From contig NC_092678.1 in NCBI RefSeq assembly GCF_964355755.1, positions 13,390,352-13,454,351 of the forward strand: a stretch of 64,000 bases of DNA. Reading direction: 5' to 3'. Position numbers and translations under genes: made by a program. The notes under the pieces were generated by a model. It did not search any database. It saw nothing but the letters and a program-made list of their open reading frames with translations, and had not been told where the DNA came from. Numbering within the stretch: the first letter of the stretch is position 1; every line of letters begins with the position of its first letter. This document shows positions 11,825 to 24,050 of this stretch, one piece after another. This DNA comes from Antedon mediterranea. Lineage: Eukaryota > Animalia > Echinodermata.

Positions 11825-13466
11825 TTACAAGAATGCCGAAACTGCATCACGAATATCAGATGTTACATCTATATTCTGATTATTTGGATCAACATTATCA
11901 TTTGGCTGCACCAAACCATGCTGCCTTTCATAATTGCGCATTTCTTCATCCCACTCAGGATAGAACTGTTCCTTATGCATCTCACATATGTTGTGCAGAA
12001 CAGAGCATGACGCAACCACATCTGATACATATGAAATATTGACATCATTCTTCTTTAGAAGTATTCTCCATCTTCCCTTCAGACGACCAAATGCGTTTTC
12101 AACGACCATTCTCGCAGAACTTAACCGTGTTTTAAATCTTCTTTGATCGGCTGTTAATGCATGGTTGGTATATGGTTTCATTAGCCACTTTTTTAAGGGA
12201 TATGCAGCATCACCGATGAGAAACACAGGTACTTCTACACCATTTATCACTGTAGAATTCTAAATAAATAAAACAATTAAATTAATTTTGTTGCTATCAT
12301 GCCTTTCTTATTCGTGTGTTTATAGAAATCCTAGCCATTAATAATAAGCAATTAATTACACAAAAGCTTACCTCCATAGAAAAAAGATGACCATTTTGCC
12401 TGTCCTCTGCAAGGGAAAATAAGTTTGAATTTGCCAAAACCCTTGCGTCATGCGTTCTGCCTGGCCATCCAATGTTTACATCTGTAAAGCTGTATGTATG
12501 AAGAACATTTTTTTAGATTTAACCATACTTTTTTTTTAGAATCATGCATTTGGAAGTAGAATAATATAGATTATTCATAGGCCTAATGTAACCCTGGATA
12601 GAATAGCATTAAACAAACACCTTAAGCAGTTACAGCTCTTTTTGTACAATAATTTAGTTAAATAATTTTTAACCAACCAAAAGCTATGATCCACCACTGC
12701 CTGCATTATCACAGAGTGCCATCCTTTCCTGTTATGGTAGTCTGCAGGATTTTTTGACGGGGCTAGAATGGGGACATGGGTACCGTCTATGGCCCCAGCA
12801 CATTGAGGGAACCGGCGTCTTTCGAATCCATTTATTGTTGCTGTTAATCTCTCACCAGAGGGAAGCGATATATATCTTTTAAATAAGTTTCTTCGGATGG
12901 CAAAACACACCTCCCGTGCTAGGTTGCATAGAGTTGATATTCCAATTCCGAACATGTTTGATATGCTTCTATATTCGGTGGGTGTGGCTAACCACCAAAT
13001 AACAGCTGCTAGTCTAACTTTATAGGGGATAGGTGCTCTCCAATCTGTCGTTTCTTTTTCCAGGGCGGGTCTTAATTCATTGGCTATAAATTCAAATGTT
13101 GCCTTACACATTCTAAAATGTCGGCGCCAGTCTTCATCTGTATACGTTGTCATTACAGTATTCCAAAAAAACAAGGCCATGCCTGCGATCCTTTACCCAT
13201 ATACGGCGAATGCACGACGTACCATCAATAGCTGCCATAGCATATAATCTATAGGCCATAGCTCTTTGTTGGTGCCTGACCCTTCGTCGCCTTGTAAATT
13301 TTACAGCCTGATTTCTCCTTCTATGCTGTTTTACAGATTGCCGATGACGGCTATTTAATTCTTGTACCTGTATAATATATGTACAATATACTGTACATAA
13401 CATGTATTGCATAAATATGCTATAAAGTAAGAGAATAATAATCTGCAAATTAAAATTCGCTGCCAT
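11825..13466 (-). CDS. Harbinger DDE transposase (HARBI1-like); exons 13466-12678, 12489-12372, 12259-11825; one-base frameshift in an A7 run at 13165-13171
   Basis: WRRHFRM, GAIDGTH, NRKGWHS, GWPGRTHDARV, GDAAYPL, SARMVVENAFGRLKGRW; GT-AG introns keep the reading frame. Confidence 0.92.
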
Positions 13467-13999
13467 ATCGCTAGAATAATAACAATAAAGGACGCCCTCA
13501 ATAATTATTTTGTCAGACTTTTTATTGGCCGAATATGCCGGACTCCTTTCTCACAGAAAGCCGGTATATACCGGTTATATTTCCGGCACGATAGTCCGAT
13601 GAGAATGGGTATATGCCGGTAACGATACCGGCACGACGCCAGCATCATACCGGTATATTGCAGGCACGTCTGTGAGAAAGGGGCTTTAGTTACATGGCAT
13701 CAGCGGTTTTATATTTACAGACTGGTTTGTTACAGCTCTGTCTCTCAGAGACCCTACAAACATTCCGTGATTTGTGTCAATGTTCTCTACTACTTCAGTT
13801 AGAATTAATGAAACAACTCTGATTTTTTGTCATCATATCTCGAATATGTGGTCCAATTGTTGGGCATGCTCCCACTGGCTTTGACGCCCCTCCTTACACC
13901 AGAGCCGCGGTTTGAACGCGTACTATACTTTAAACTGTCGTTAAAGTATCTATCGAAAACCAAATCTGGTCACGTCACTGATCGAAGTTGATGGTCTAT

Positions 14000-15190
14000 A
14001 TATGGTTGTACGACAAAATGAAGCACCATTAGTTGCTGCCAAGGTGTTAGATGGACCAGCAATAATCAATATGCTCAGGCCCAATGATTCGAAGACATTC
14101 ATTGAGTATATATCAAGTGTCATACAACCATCAACTTCGATCAGTGACACAACTAGATTTGTTTTTCGATAGATACTTTAACGACAGTTTAAAGTCTGGT
14201 ACGCGTTCAAACCGCGTCTCTGGTGTAAGGAGGGTCGTTAAAGTCAGCGGGAGCTTGCCCAACAATTTGACCACATTTTTTAGATTTGATGACAACAAAT
14301 CAGAGTTGTTTTCATTTATTGTAACTGAAGTAGTAGAGAACATTGGCACAAATCACGGAATGTTTGTAGGGTCTTGGGGAGACAGAGCTGTAACAAACCA
14401 GTAAATATACAATCGCTGATGCCATGTAACATAGAAGAGGCAGATGAACGTATGTTTGTTCACCTTAAACCTGCCGCTGACATTTTCCACGCATTGTCAA
14501 GACTGTACACAGTGATGTTGTTGTCAGCTTTCCACAGAATACCTGGCATCCACGAGCTTCGGATCGAGTTTGGAGTGGGGAAGCACTTGAAGTACATCCC
14601 AATACATGAGATTGCTTCTTCTCTTGGATCACAAGCATCAGCCGCTTACTTGTTTTTTCATACCATTAGCGGTTGTGATAGAACTTCATCTGTTTAAGGA
14701 AAAGGTAAAGCTACATTTAACGAGACTTTGAAAAAGATGCCATGTATGACTCCAGTTTTTGAGAGGATGTCATTGTCTGTAGGGCATGTTAGTGAAACAG
14801 ACACAGATTATCTAGAACAGTTTGTTGTAACTATGTCTACTGCAGAACATTTAATGATGCAAGACGATATCTTTTTACAACAAGAGAAAGACTATTGAAA
14901 ATATCCCCCAACATCTGCGGCATTAAGAGAACATGTGAAACGGAAGCCAGGAAGTGGTACGACTGTCTAGATGCATTCAGGGTTGAACAGGACCCAGCGA
15001 ACTGGGGATAGAGGAAGGACGGCAACAAATTTAGTCCAGCTTGGAGTTCATTGCCGGAACTTTCAGATGTCACAAAGGTTTTAATTCGCTGTGGACACAC
15101 CGACTGTGATCTTGGATGCTGTAAATGCAGAAAGAGTGATTTACGATGCACAGAGCTGTGTGGTTGCCAGGGAAAATGTGACCTACAATA
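14000..15190 (+). pseudogene. Academ-like XPG/PIN nuclease plus Cys8 fragment (spacer and right arm)
   Basis: VLDGPAIINML...TFIEYI, FDRYFNDSLKSGTR, EEADERMFVH, GCDRTSS and CGHTDCDLGCCKCRKSDLRCTELCGC, with stops and frameshifts. Confidence 0.75.
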
Positions 15191-17229
15191 AGTGTCCGTG
15201 TTAAATGCATGTAATTATGAACATAAACAAATAGTGTAAAGCCAGTACGGGTTGAGCTACATTCAAAATGGCCGCCATGCAATCAAAGACGTTATACCAA
15301 TATGTTTGTTGACCTCAATACTATATTATACTTTGTACCAAAAATTATAACTGTAGGTACCGTACTGAAACATTTTGAGTTCGCCATTTTGAAATTCAAA
15401 ATGGCCGCCATGCAATAAAAATGTCAGTTAAATACCAATATGTTTGGTTACCCATTACCATATAATTGGCACCTAAAATCAGAACTCTGTGTACCTTTTT
15501 ATCAGAGATACCTGAAAAGTGAAAATTTGAAGTCCGCCATTTTGAAATCCAAAATGGCCGCCATGCAATCAAAATGTTAGTTATACCAATATGTTTGGTG
15601 ACCCCATTAACATATAATTTGCACCTAAAATCAGAACTCTAGGTGCCTTTTTAGCAGAGATATGCCTGAAAAACGAAAATTTGAAATCCGCCATTTTGAA
15701 ATCCAACATGGCCGCCATGGAATCAAAATGTTAGTTATACCAATATCTTTGGTGACCCATTACCATATAATTTGCACCTAAATTCAGAACTCTAGGTGCC
15801 TATTTAGCAGCGATATACCTGAAAAGTGAACAATTTGGGTCCGCCATTTTGAAATCCAAAATGGCGGCTTTCCCCTGACCAAATTTTGTGCAACCCTTCC
15901 ATTTCATATTTTTGACACCCTAATGAATTACTGTGCAAAGTTTCAGAATGTTATCACAATTTGAAGGATTGGGTCACTTAACAGGCCTACTATTAGTGCC
16001 AATTAGGCCAAGAGCTTCTTTAAAAACAACCCATTTTTTCTGTGAAACATCAGATAAGTTGGCCTACCAGCCCTGTTGTTATATTGATAACATGAATGTA
16101 ACTGTGGAGAGGATTATTATTGTTGATTCTGATATGAACTGAACCTATATACACACAATATACAACAAATACCTTGTGTACATGTACCTCATGGTACATG
16201 TATTTTCATTTATAGTCCATAGGCTGGAAGGGGTTACCATGCACCCTCCCCCCACAGTTAAACTTCTTTGCTATCATTTTCTTCCCACGGGTATATATAG
16301 CGAAAAAATCGATGTTAACACTAAGAAAAATATAGGGATGCATTGTGTGTACTTGCGTCATTTGTAATGATCATCAGCGTTTTATCTTCAAATATTTTTG
16401 GGGGTAGGGGGTAACATTTATCCTAACCCAAGAATCAAACATCTAATTAGTATTATCTTGGTACAATTGTGTAGCATACATCATTTAAAATCTTATACAA
16501 TTAATCGCACGATTGTTAAGGTCAGTAGAGGTCAAAGGGTCATTGACCTTTTGTAAAAATGCACATTTTTGCCAAAATATAGACAAATTTCAACATAGTA
16601 TCTACAATTTTTTAATATTTTTTATCTTAATTGTGTTTTACTTGTGCTTACTGACATATTGAATAAGAAAATATATGTTAACAAGATTAAAATTGCAGTT
16701 CATTATATACAAATTGTCATTTTTTATTCTTAAAAATTGCAATAAAAGAAATACATTTTTTTGGGGTAGGGGGTAACATTAATAGTGCAGAAATGAAATT
16801 TTTTGGCAAAATGAGATATATTTCAAAATCAGATCTCCAATTTTCTATATTTTTGGGGTAGCGGTTAACATTTAACCCAAGAATCAAACATCTAATTATT
16901 ATGTTCTTTGTATCGTTGTGTAGTTGTGAATGCCTATCATCCGTCATAATGTCATCTGGAAACTCCGGTACCAGTACATGTCGAATACATCCGATATATA
17001 AACTTTATTAGTGAGCTAAGTGGCACATCACGTAACATATTTAGGTCACATAAAATGTTATTAGTTTCCTCTTTAACTCGACTGGATAACGACCCTTTAA
17101 CATTCTCGACGTGGTACGGTTGGAAAACAACTAGTCCTCAGTTGTACGCACGCGCACCAGAGATCAAATTGATACGCCCTCATCTATTCAGTATATTTAT
17201 TCACGAGGCTGGATCTCCGAAGAGATATA

Positions 17230-17260
<31 letters not shown>

Positions 17261-17389
17261 AATCCAAAGGCAAATTACTGAAAAAAAATGACAATGCTGT
17301 GGGTATCAGTGGCTGGATCTCAATGGAGATACAAAAATAAAAAGCGAAAAGCTAAATCAAAACGATAAAGTAAACAGCCAGAAAAGTTA

Positions 17390-17426
17390 GCAGAGCTTTC
17401 GGGCAACACTAGCCCTTCATCAGTGC
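17390..17426 (-). ncRNA. Minimal type I hammerhead ribozyme (PLE-type)
   Basis: GCA-CTGATGA-AGGGC-tagtgtt-GCCC-GAA-AGCT-C-TGC; palindromic stem III (AGCT); CUC cleavage triplet. Confidence 0.75.
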
Positions 17427-17859
17427 AAGTGAAGGAATTTGGATAACGTCAGAGTATAAAGCTGGCAATATAAATCATACTGTAAATTATAGAAACAGTG
17501 CACATATTCGGAACATGATCTCATAATTGCGTCGAGCATAGCTCATTGGCGAAAGTTCCGTATTTTTTAGTTGTATGACAAAATGTCTCTGGCGGGATTC
17601 GAACCTGCAACCTCTCGCTTACAGGGCGAGAGGTAATAAATGATTACAATGTAATAAATGATTACATTGAAAAATAATAGTTGGCTACTCTATGACATTT
17701 TATTTACAAAAAATTCTGCCTTCTAATACTTTCATTTATAACTAAAATGTACTTGTTTGTTTTATTCCAAGAAACTTTATTTTAATACATTAAACTGTAA
17801 TTTTACCTTACACTCTCAATATGATACATTTGGAAAGGCTCTCGTATTTTGGAAAAAAG

Positions 17860-18165
17860 TTTGCCGCCCTCAAGTTGACGTATTTTGGAAAATTACTAGA
17901 GGTCCCAAATTGCAAATTGACGTATTTTGGACAAATCGCTTATTTTGGAAATAAATAGCGCCCTCAATTTGACGTATTTTGAACAATTCATGTATTTGGG
18001 ATAATATATAGCGCCCTCAACTTGACGTATTTTGGACAATTCGCGTATTTTAGAAAATGAATAGCGCCCTCAAGTCGTCGTATTTTGGAAAGACTCACGT
18101 ATTTTGGATTAGTATAGCGCCCTCAACTTGACGTATTTTGGAAAAAAATCTGCGTATTTTGGACT
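17860..18165. repeat. ~39-bp minisatellite (ATAGCGCCCTCAACTTGACGTATTTTGGA...)
   Basis: At least 6 degenerate copies are visible. Confidence 0.8.
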
Positions 18166-18542
18166 GATGTTCACCAACCCGACTCGAATGTGAGTTAAAG
18201 AACAATACCATAAAAGCCCCAGTGGTGTAATGGTTAGGGCAACTGCATAACAAGCTTCGAGTTCGAGTCTCGGTTGGGGCGACTTTTTCTCATTCTCCCA
18301 GATTTCCTCATCTTTATCGTTTCAAAAATTAATTAAATAATTTTCAGTGTATCACCGGGCAGTTTGGAATTTATTTCTATGCCTGTTGTGTGTGTATATA
18401 TATATATATATATAAATCCAAAGGCAAATTACTGCAAAAAAATGACAATGCTGTGGGTATCAGTGGCTGGATCTCAATGGAGATACAAAAATAAAAAGCG
18501 AAAAGCTAAATCAAAACTATAAAGTAACAGCCAGAAAAGTTA

Positions 18543-18579
18543 GCAGAGCTTTCGGGCAACACTAGCCCTTCATCAGTGC
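18543..18579 (-). ncRNA. Second copy of the same minimal hammerhead
   Basis: Identical to 17390-17426; ends a ~165-bp (TA)n-bounded repeat (18412-18580). Confidence 0.75.
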
Positions 18580-18624
18580 ATATATAAACACATTAGGCAA
18601 TGAACATTAATTCGAAATCGCCCG

Positions 18625-18664
<40 letters not shown>

Positions 18665-18668
<4 letters not shown>

Positions 18669-18980
18669 CACGCAAAGACAAATCCACCTCGGAAACTTAT
18701 ATCGGACTAACTGAAAATGATTTTAAAACATGATACAGAAATCACACCTCATCATTCCGTAATTCATGTTTTAGAAACTCAACTGAACTCAGTAAACATA
18801 TTTGGACACTCAATGACAATAACACAGACTATACAATCTCATGGCGCATCTTGACATCTACTAAAGCATATAGTAGCGCAACCAAAAATGTAATCTCTGC
18901 CTCAAAGAGAAATTATTTATCATCCGCCACCCTGAATTATCGACATTAAACAAACGTAACGAACTTGTGTCCGCCTGCAT
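18665..18980 (+). pseudogene. Penelope-like element GIY-YIG endonuclease C-terminal fragment
   Basis: [19 protein letters not shown]...STELSKHIWTL...[12 protein letters not shown]...[11 protein letters not shown]; starts right after a (TA)n tract. Confidence 0.8.
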
Positions 18981-20799
18981 TCTCGGCGTGGTACGGCGGA
19001 ACAGCACTAGTCCTCAGTTGTACGCACGCGCACCAGAGATCAAATTGATACGCCCTCATCTTACAGTATTTTTATTTACGAGGCGGGATCTCCGAAGAGA
19101 TACTTTTATATATAAACAAATCAGGCAAAGAACATTAATTCTAAACCGCCCGGAGATATACTGAAATATATATATATCTTCAGGTGAAATATAAAACATA
19201 AGTGACACAGTTGTCTCATAGTGCTTAATAGAAGTGAGTGATCAGGAAGTCGTATATACAATAGCCTATTGTTTTAGATTTAGATAAACTATTTGGATCT
19301 GCAATTTAGTAAGAATTTTTTCCTTTGACAACTAGCTGAGGACTAGTGCTGTTCCGCCGTACCCCGCCGAGAATGTTAAAGAGTCACTATCCAATCGCGT
19401 TTGAACAATACCATGAAAGCCCCAGTTGTCTAATGGTTAGGATATCTGCATATCAAGCAGGCGGTCACAGATTTCCTCATCTTTATCGTTTCAAATTATA
19501 TATAATTGTTATAGATTATATAAGCCTCAGAGCCACTGAAACACGTTTTTAAACGTTTCTGTGTAGAAATACATGTTTTAATTGAACAACGTTTGCATCA
19601 AAACGTTATAATAGTGAATGTAAAACGGAGCTGATAATGTCGCCATGAAGAGGATGATTGGTGTCTTCCAATATAGCATGGAATACATCGGCAAGCTGTT
19701 CGCTGTAGAAGGAGTCAAGCATTTACATACTAGACAAACCAATTACTTTCCACGCTCTACCCAGCACCTTCTCAATTCGGTCTTTATCCCTCTTACATTC
19801 TCTTACTGATATTCCTAGCCCAATATACAATATGCCCAAATAGAACATCACTGATTAGTAAAACATAAACATTCTATAATACAAATATCCTGCTTTACCC
19901 CAAAGAACCGAGTTTCCTAGCTCAAGCAGTACAGCCTTGTATTTAACTTCTTAACTACGATCAACATGTCCACCCATTTAGCTTTAGTCAAACACTACTG
20001 CCAGATACTTATCAATAATTGTTAACAATCTCTACTTCCTTTACTTTAATTAATGTATACTGTCAGACCAATTATGTTTTCGAAAATCAATCCTTATTTC
20101 TTTCGTTTTATTTATGTTTAGTTCAAGAAAATAAAAAATATGATTTATCTACTGATAGGATTGGGCCGATTAGAATGCATTTGTCAACATTCTTTTACAT
20201 ATTTCACAACATTATAGAGTTTAGGTAATTTAACCGATTGTAATGTAGTATTTAGGATGTTTTAATTCCGATTGTATTGTAGTATTTAAGATTTTCTAAT
20301 TTCGAATCCGATTGTACTAAAATTTAAAGTGTTTAAATCTAGATAGGAATAACATAGGCCTAGTATTTAATATGCTTTAATTTTGATTATACTGTAGTGT
20401 TTAGTTTAGTTTTTATATATAATAAGTAAGTATACCTACTTATATAGTTTTTATTTATTTATTTATTCATAGGAATCACCTTTTCATTCATTCATTTCAT
20501 TTATCTTTTTATTTCGGAATATCATGGTGACATAATATAATATCCATAGCAAAATAGAGAAAAAAAAATCTTAATCTTTATATCGGCGTCACACATTTAT
20601 CAGTTAATGGTGCATCCAATTTACAGACAAAATTACAAATAACATAAGCCACAAAGTTCTAAATACTATAACATCAAAACAAAATGTAAACTAATTAATT
20701 AGATCTGTATGAAAATACATAATACGTATATTGTACAATATATATAACTACAAAAATAAAAACAGAACAACAAAAATACAGGATAGGCCTAAGAAATAA

Positions 20800-21480
20800 A
20801 TAAAACTTACAGATACATCCTCATAGAGATGTCTGTAGCTTGTTTACTATATTAATCAATTAGTTGAGAGAGGTAATGTTGATAAAATTGTAGATCTAGT
20901 AACCCATGCTTTCATTAAAAATATGTTTTACAATAAAAATCAAAGATTTTTCCTAATGTTTCATTTTCAGTGAATAAATTGTCTAGCATAAAGTGGTGTT
21001 TTAACTGAGGTCCACTGATTAAAATTATCCCGGTACATACTTAATTATTGTCTAACAGAGTTTAATGAAGGACATTTAAATAAAAAATGGTTTACTGTTT
21101 CTTTTTCGTTTGTACTGTACACATCTTACATAATCCTGTGTTATGATTTGACCATGATTTTCTACGACCCTCAAGATCTAGAGAGTTTGATCTTGCTTTA
21201 AATTTTAAATTGATACTCTTAAAATTAGTTTTATCTAACAAATATTGTTCAAGGTTTGGTTCCTTTATACATAGTATATTCCGTTAACGTTGTTTTGCAT
21301 GGAATTTTGTTTTGCTTTGGGCCTTTGAAAACCACTCGTTATGATCAACTTGTTTATTATTTTTCCTAAATGGCTTTATCCAGTTAGTAGATGGTTCTTC
21401 ATTAAATTTGTCTATACAATTTGTTTTTTATAAAATATATTTAGTTAATATAGTAATATTGTTACAAAATCTTGGCATTC
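20800..21480 (-). pseudogene. LINE 3' relic with CCHC zinc-finger region
   Basis: Minus strand SNSLDLEGRRKSW...LCKMC...VNHFLFKCPSL. Confidence 0.55.
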
Positions 21481-21799
21481 CCTAACACAGTAGGCCTACC
21501 TAATAATAACATGCCTTTTTAACATGCTAGTTTTTGATGTTCTGTATTGTTCCTTGTAGTTTGTACTGTAGGTTACATAACAGAACAATTGTATTGTCTT
21601 CCCATTAATAGACACCCTTCTCTACATAAAACATAATACACCACACCTCTATCATAATAATGGTATAGTCCATATAAGTCGAGGTGGCCGAAAACGGCAC
21701 CTGATCCACTCTGTTAATTTATTGCAGACACTTCTGGCGTTATACAGCAGTCCAGAAAGTTGTTGTGTACTGGGAGAAACCACACTGTTTGAAGACTGA

Positions 21800-22320
21800 C
21801 TGCGGCAAGTACCAGCTGATCCATCAAAAAACGAAGCAGTATGTGGAAGGACACATTTCAGACAAATCCATTCTTTCTTGATGAAATAATATCATTAAAG
21901 TCAATATCTGTCACTCCCTGGCAACGCTGATGATATTCATTGAGACAGCTGGAACATAAAATAAGCGGGGTGATCTCAATATGTTTGTAGCAATAACGAC
22001 ATCCTACATCCATCGTAGGCCCAGAGAAGGGCAATGAGAAGAATGGGTATGAGGCTTCTATTCCCTGGTGTATATCATGGGTCGACACCGTTGCCACAGA
22101 GGCTATACCTAGCCTAGGCCTAGGTATGGTCCAGAAAAATAATATAAAAAGCTGGAAATATCCACAGATATCCATCAAACTGTCCTCTTCTCTTAATTCT
22201 CTCTTATCTATAGTACTGTAAACTTAATCATTTAGTTCAGGATTTGTGAGATTTTTGGAGATTTTAAGAATTGTAATCAAGACGATTTTTAATAACCTAC
22301 CGGACTCACGAACACCGCCC
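21800..22320 (-). pseudogene. PHD-finger-like fragment, probably a decayed LINE ORF1 5' region
   Basis: CRYCYKH...ILCSSCLNEYHQRC fits part of a C4HC3 pattern; the ORF is truncated. Confidence 0.5.
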
Positions 22321-22329
22321 TCATTGATT

Positions 22330-22850
22330 TCAAAACAAAAGCTCTTATCATCAATTCTCTCGATGTAATGTAATTTTATATAATTATTTCCCATAATTTA
22401 CTCCTATGTTTCATGAATGTATTTAATTTGATCTTCATGTACTACTACACCTTCACAAGCACGGTCCAAAAATATGAAAAAAACAAAACAAAACGGCTAT
22501 CGCCCCCAAGCACCAACAAACTTAATAGTTGAAACAGGTACAGTAGTTGTTTTACAACTCCCTCGTTGAAACCAACACCTTACCGTGAACCCGGAAATTA
22601 CTTACCGTGAACCCGGAAATTACTTCTACCGCGCGTAGAGTTAAAATTTACCGATTGAAATCAGAAAATTTCTTATAAAACCCTTTATAACATCTTCCTA
22701 AGATAGAAATATGGAACAATAGCGTCAAACTGAAAACTAAAGTTATCAAATCTACGTTTCGCGGTACATCTAAGATAGATAAGGGAGGTATCCAAGGCGG
22801 AGATTTATACCGAAGTTTTTGCATTGTGCTCGCCTATGTCAGAATTAACC
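22330..22850. repeat. Interspersed repeat with a second, direct copy at ~24610-25217
   Basis: Shared GTGAACCCGGAAATTACTT...ATCTACGTTTCG...ATCCAAGGCGGA...ACCGAAGTTTTTGCATTG. Confidence 0.75.
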
Positions 22851-23047
22851 ATAATTTATATATAGATAGTGTTTTATTACTAATAATATGTGTCGTCGTT
22901 TACATTATTATTCTTTTTCTTATTTCTCGTGAAAAATAGATCTAAATGTATTCACATTATTATTATTTTATTGGATATTTTCTTAAATTACTGTAAACTA
23001 TACGTGGACCTAATAACGTTCAACCCATCGTTGATATGCTGAAAAAG

Positions 23048-23454
23048 CTACATTAATTTGTTTCGGATGTAGTGTGGTGGTGGCTTAAATATTACTTTTC
23101 TTTTGCAGTAAGCCGGACAATCATTTAGTCCTTGTGGTGGACAGATATTTGGCACTGGCCTACATGGCATGCCATCCCGAATCAACACGTGCACAGCAAC
23201 TTTCCGAGGTAACATTGGTACTTTATTAAACGCTTCTCCTCGTAGGGATTTCTTCAACTTGTAGCGACGATTTTGAAACCAGGTTTTTACTTGTGTAGGG
23301 GTCAGACGAATGAGATGAGCCAAGCGGTGACGTTCAAGTGGTGATATATATTGGTTTTGATGAAAGTGCCTCTCAAGTTCATTAGTCTGTGCTTTTGTAA
23401 AAATTATTCGTTTTTTCAGTAATTCATGTAATGCCCCGACATGAGTTTTCTTTT
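23048..23454 (-). CDS. NK2-class homeobox gene, terminal exon (divergent homeodomain plus NK2-specific domain)
   Basis: [56 protein letters not shown] carries Tyr54, diagnostic of NK2; [16 protein letters not shown] resembles the NK2-SD (PRRVAVPVLVRDGKPC); polypyrimidine plus TTTTAG acceptor at 23455. Confidence 0.9.
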
Positions 23455-23699
23455 CTAAAAAGCAAAAAAAAAAAAAAAATATTGAATCATATAACATTTA
23501 AGTTCAAGAAAAAGAAAGAAAACTGGTGAACAATAATGCAGACTTGGTGCAAGTCTACAAAATGAAGTGGTACGCCTAATAATCGAAAACAAAATATGCT
23601 GGCCTCTTGACGCAATCAAACTATGTGTTGTTCTTTGTATATTTGAATTTGTTTTGCCGAAATTAATAAAATAAAAAAGTAAAATGTATTTGTTTTTCA

Positions 23700-24050
23700 G
23701 AAAAAATTTTACTAAACTAAATTCCACTCGCGTAACATCTACAGATGGTTCTCGAATACACAGTATTTTCAGCGAGATAAAACTGCCGATTTTAAATGTA
23801 CGTACTGCAGGACTATAATACATTGTCGTTTACAAAAACGAATAAATAGACACAATGATTTATGTAGCCAACCAAAATTGGCACCCTAGGAATTACTTCC
23901 GAAAGATAAACTTGTTACAACATTTTTTATTGATGTTTTCTGATTGATTTCTATTTTTTAAAACTATTATCCCTATTTTATTACTACTAGAGGGTGAGCT
24001 CGCTTTGCTTGCTCCCCCTCTAGGAAGTGTAGACGATGGTTCTCGGAATA
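23700..24050 (-). repeat. Helitron-like repeat fragments of the same family as 38079-43734
   Basis: Shares TTCGGAAGTAATTCC...TATTCGAGAACCATCTGT and a hairpin-plus-CTAG end near 23990-24020. Confidence 0.6.

Larger units (their letters stand above)
4528..13685. mobile_element. PIF/Harbinger DNA transposon with two convergent genes
   Basis: 17-bp TIRs AGCCCCTTTCTCACAGA (4528-4544) and TCTGTGAGAAAGGGGCT (13669-13685); subterminal TGTGAGAA and GCCGGCAT repeats; 3 extra nt (TTA) compared with the empty site in the right Academ arm; Myb/SANT and DDE genes inside. Confidence 0.93.
3112..15992. mobile_element. Fold-back non-autonomous derivative of an Academ-like DNA transposon: two inverted copies of the 3' end, left arm interrupted by a Harbinger element
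   Basis: 3117-4527 plus 13689-13996 is the reverse complement of ~14127-15970. Both arms carry decayed XPG/PIN-like motifs (EEADERMFVH, TVDSDVVVI, GCDTTSS-like, PPTSAALREHVKR, WGW) and a Cys-rich tail. The right end reads TAGTAGGCC on the minus strand. Confidence 0.75.

Noticed and set aside
11825-13466. Domesticated host HARBI1 gene
   Set aside because: Lies within intact TIRs together with its Myb partner, so it is a transposon gene.
17585-17632. tRNA B-box-like GGTTCGAATCCC on the minus strand
   Set aside because: Only the 3' half is present and no cloverleaf forms; probably a SINE fragment.
17860-18165. Repeat-spacer-like pattern (GCGCCCTCAA...GTATTTTGGA)
   Set aside because: The intervening sequence is itself repetitive; this is a minisatellite.
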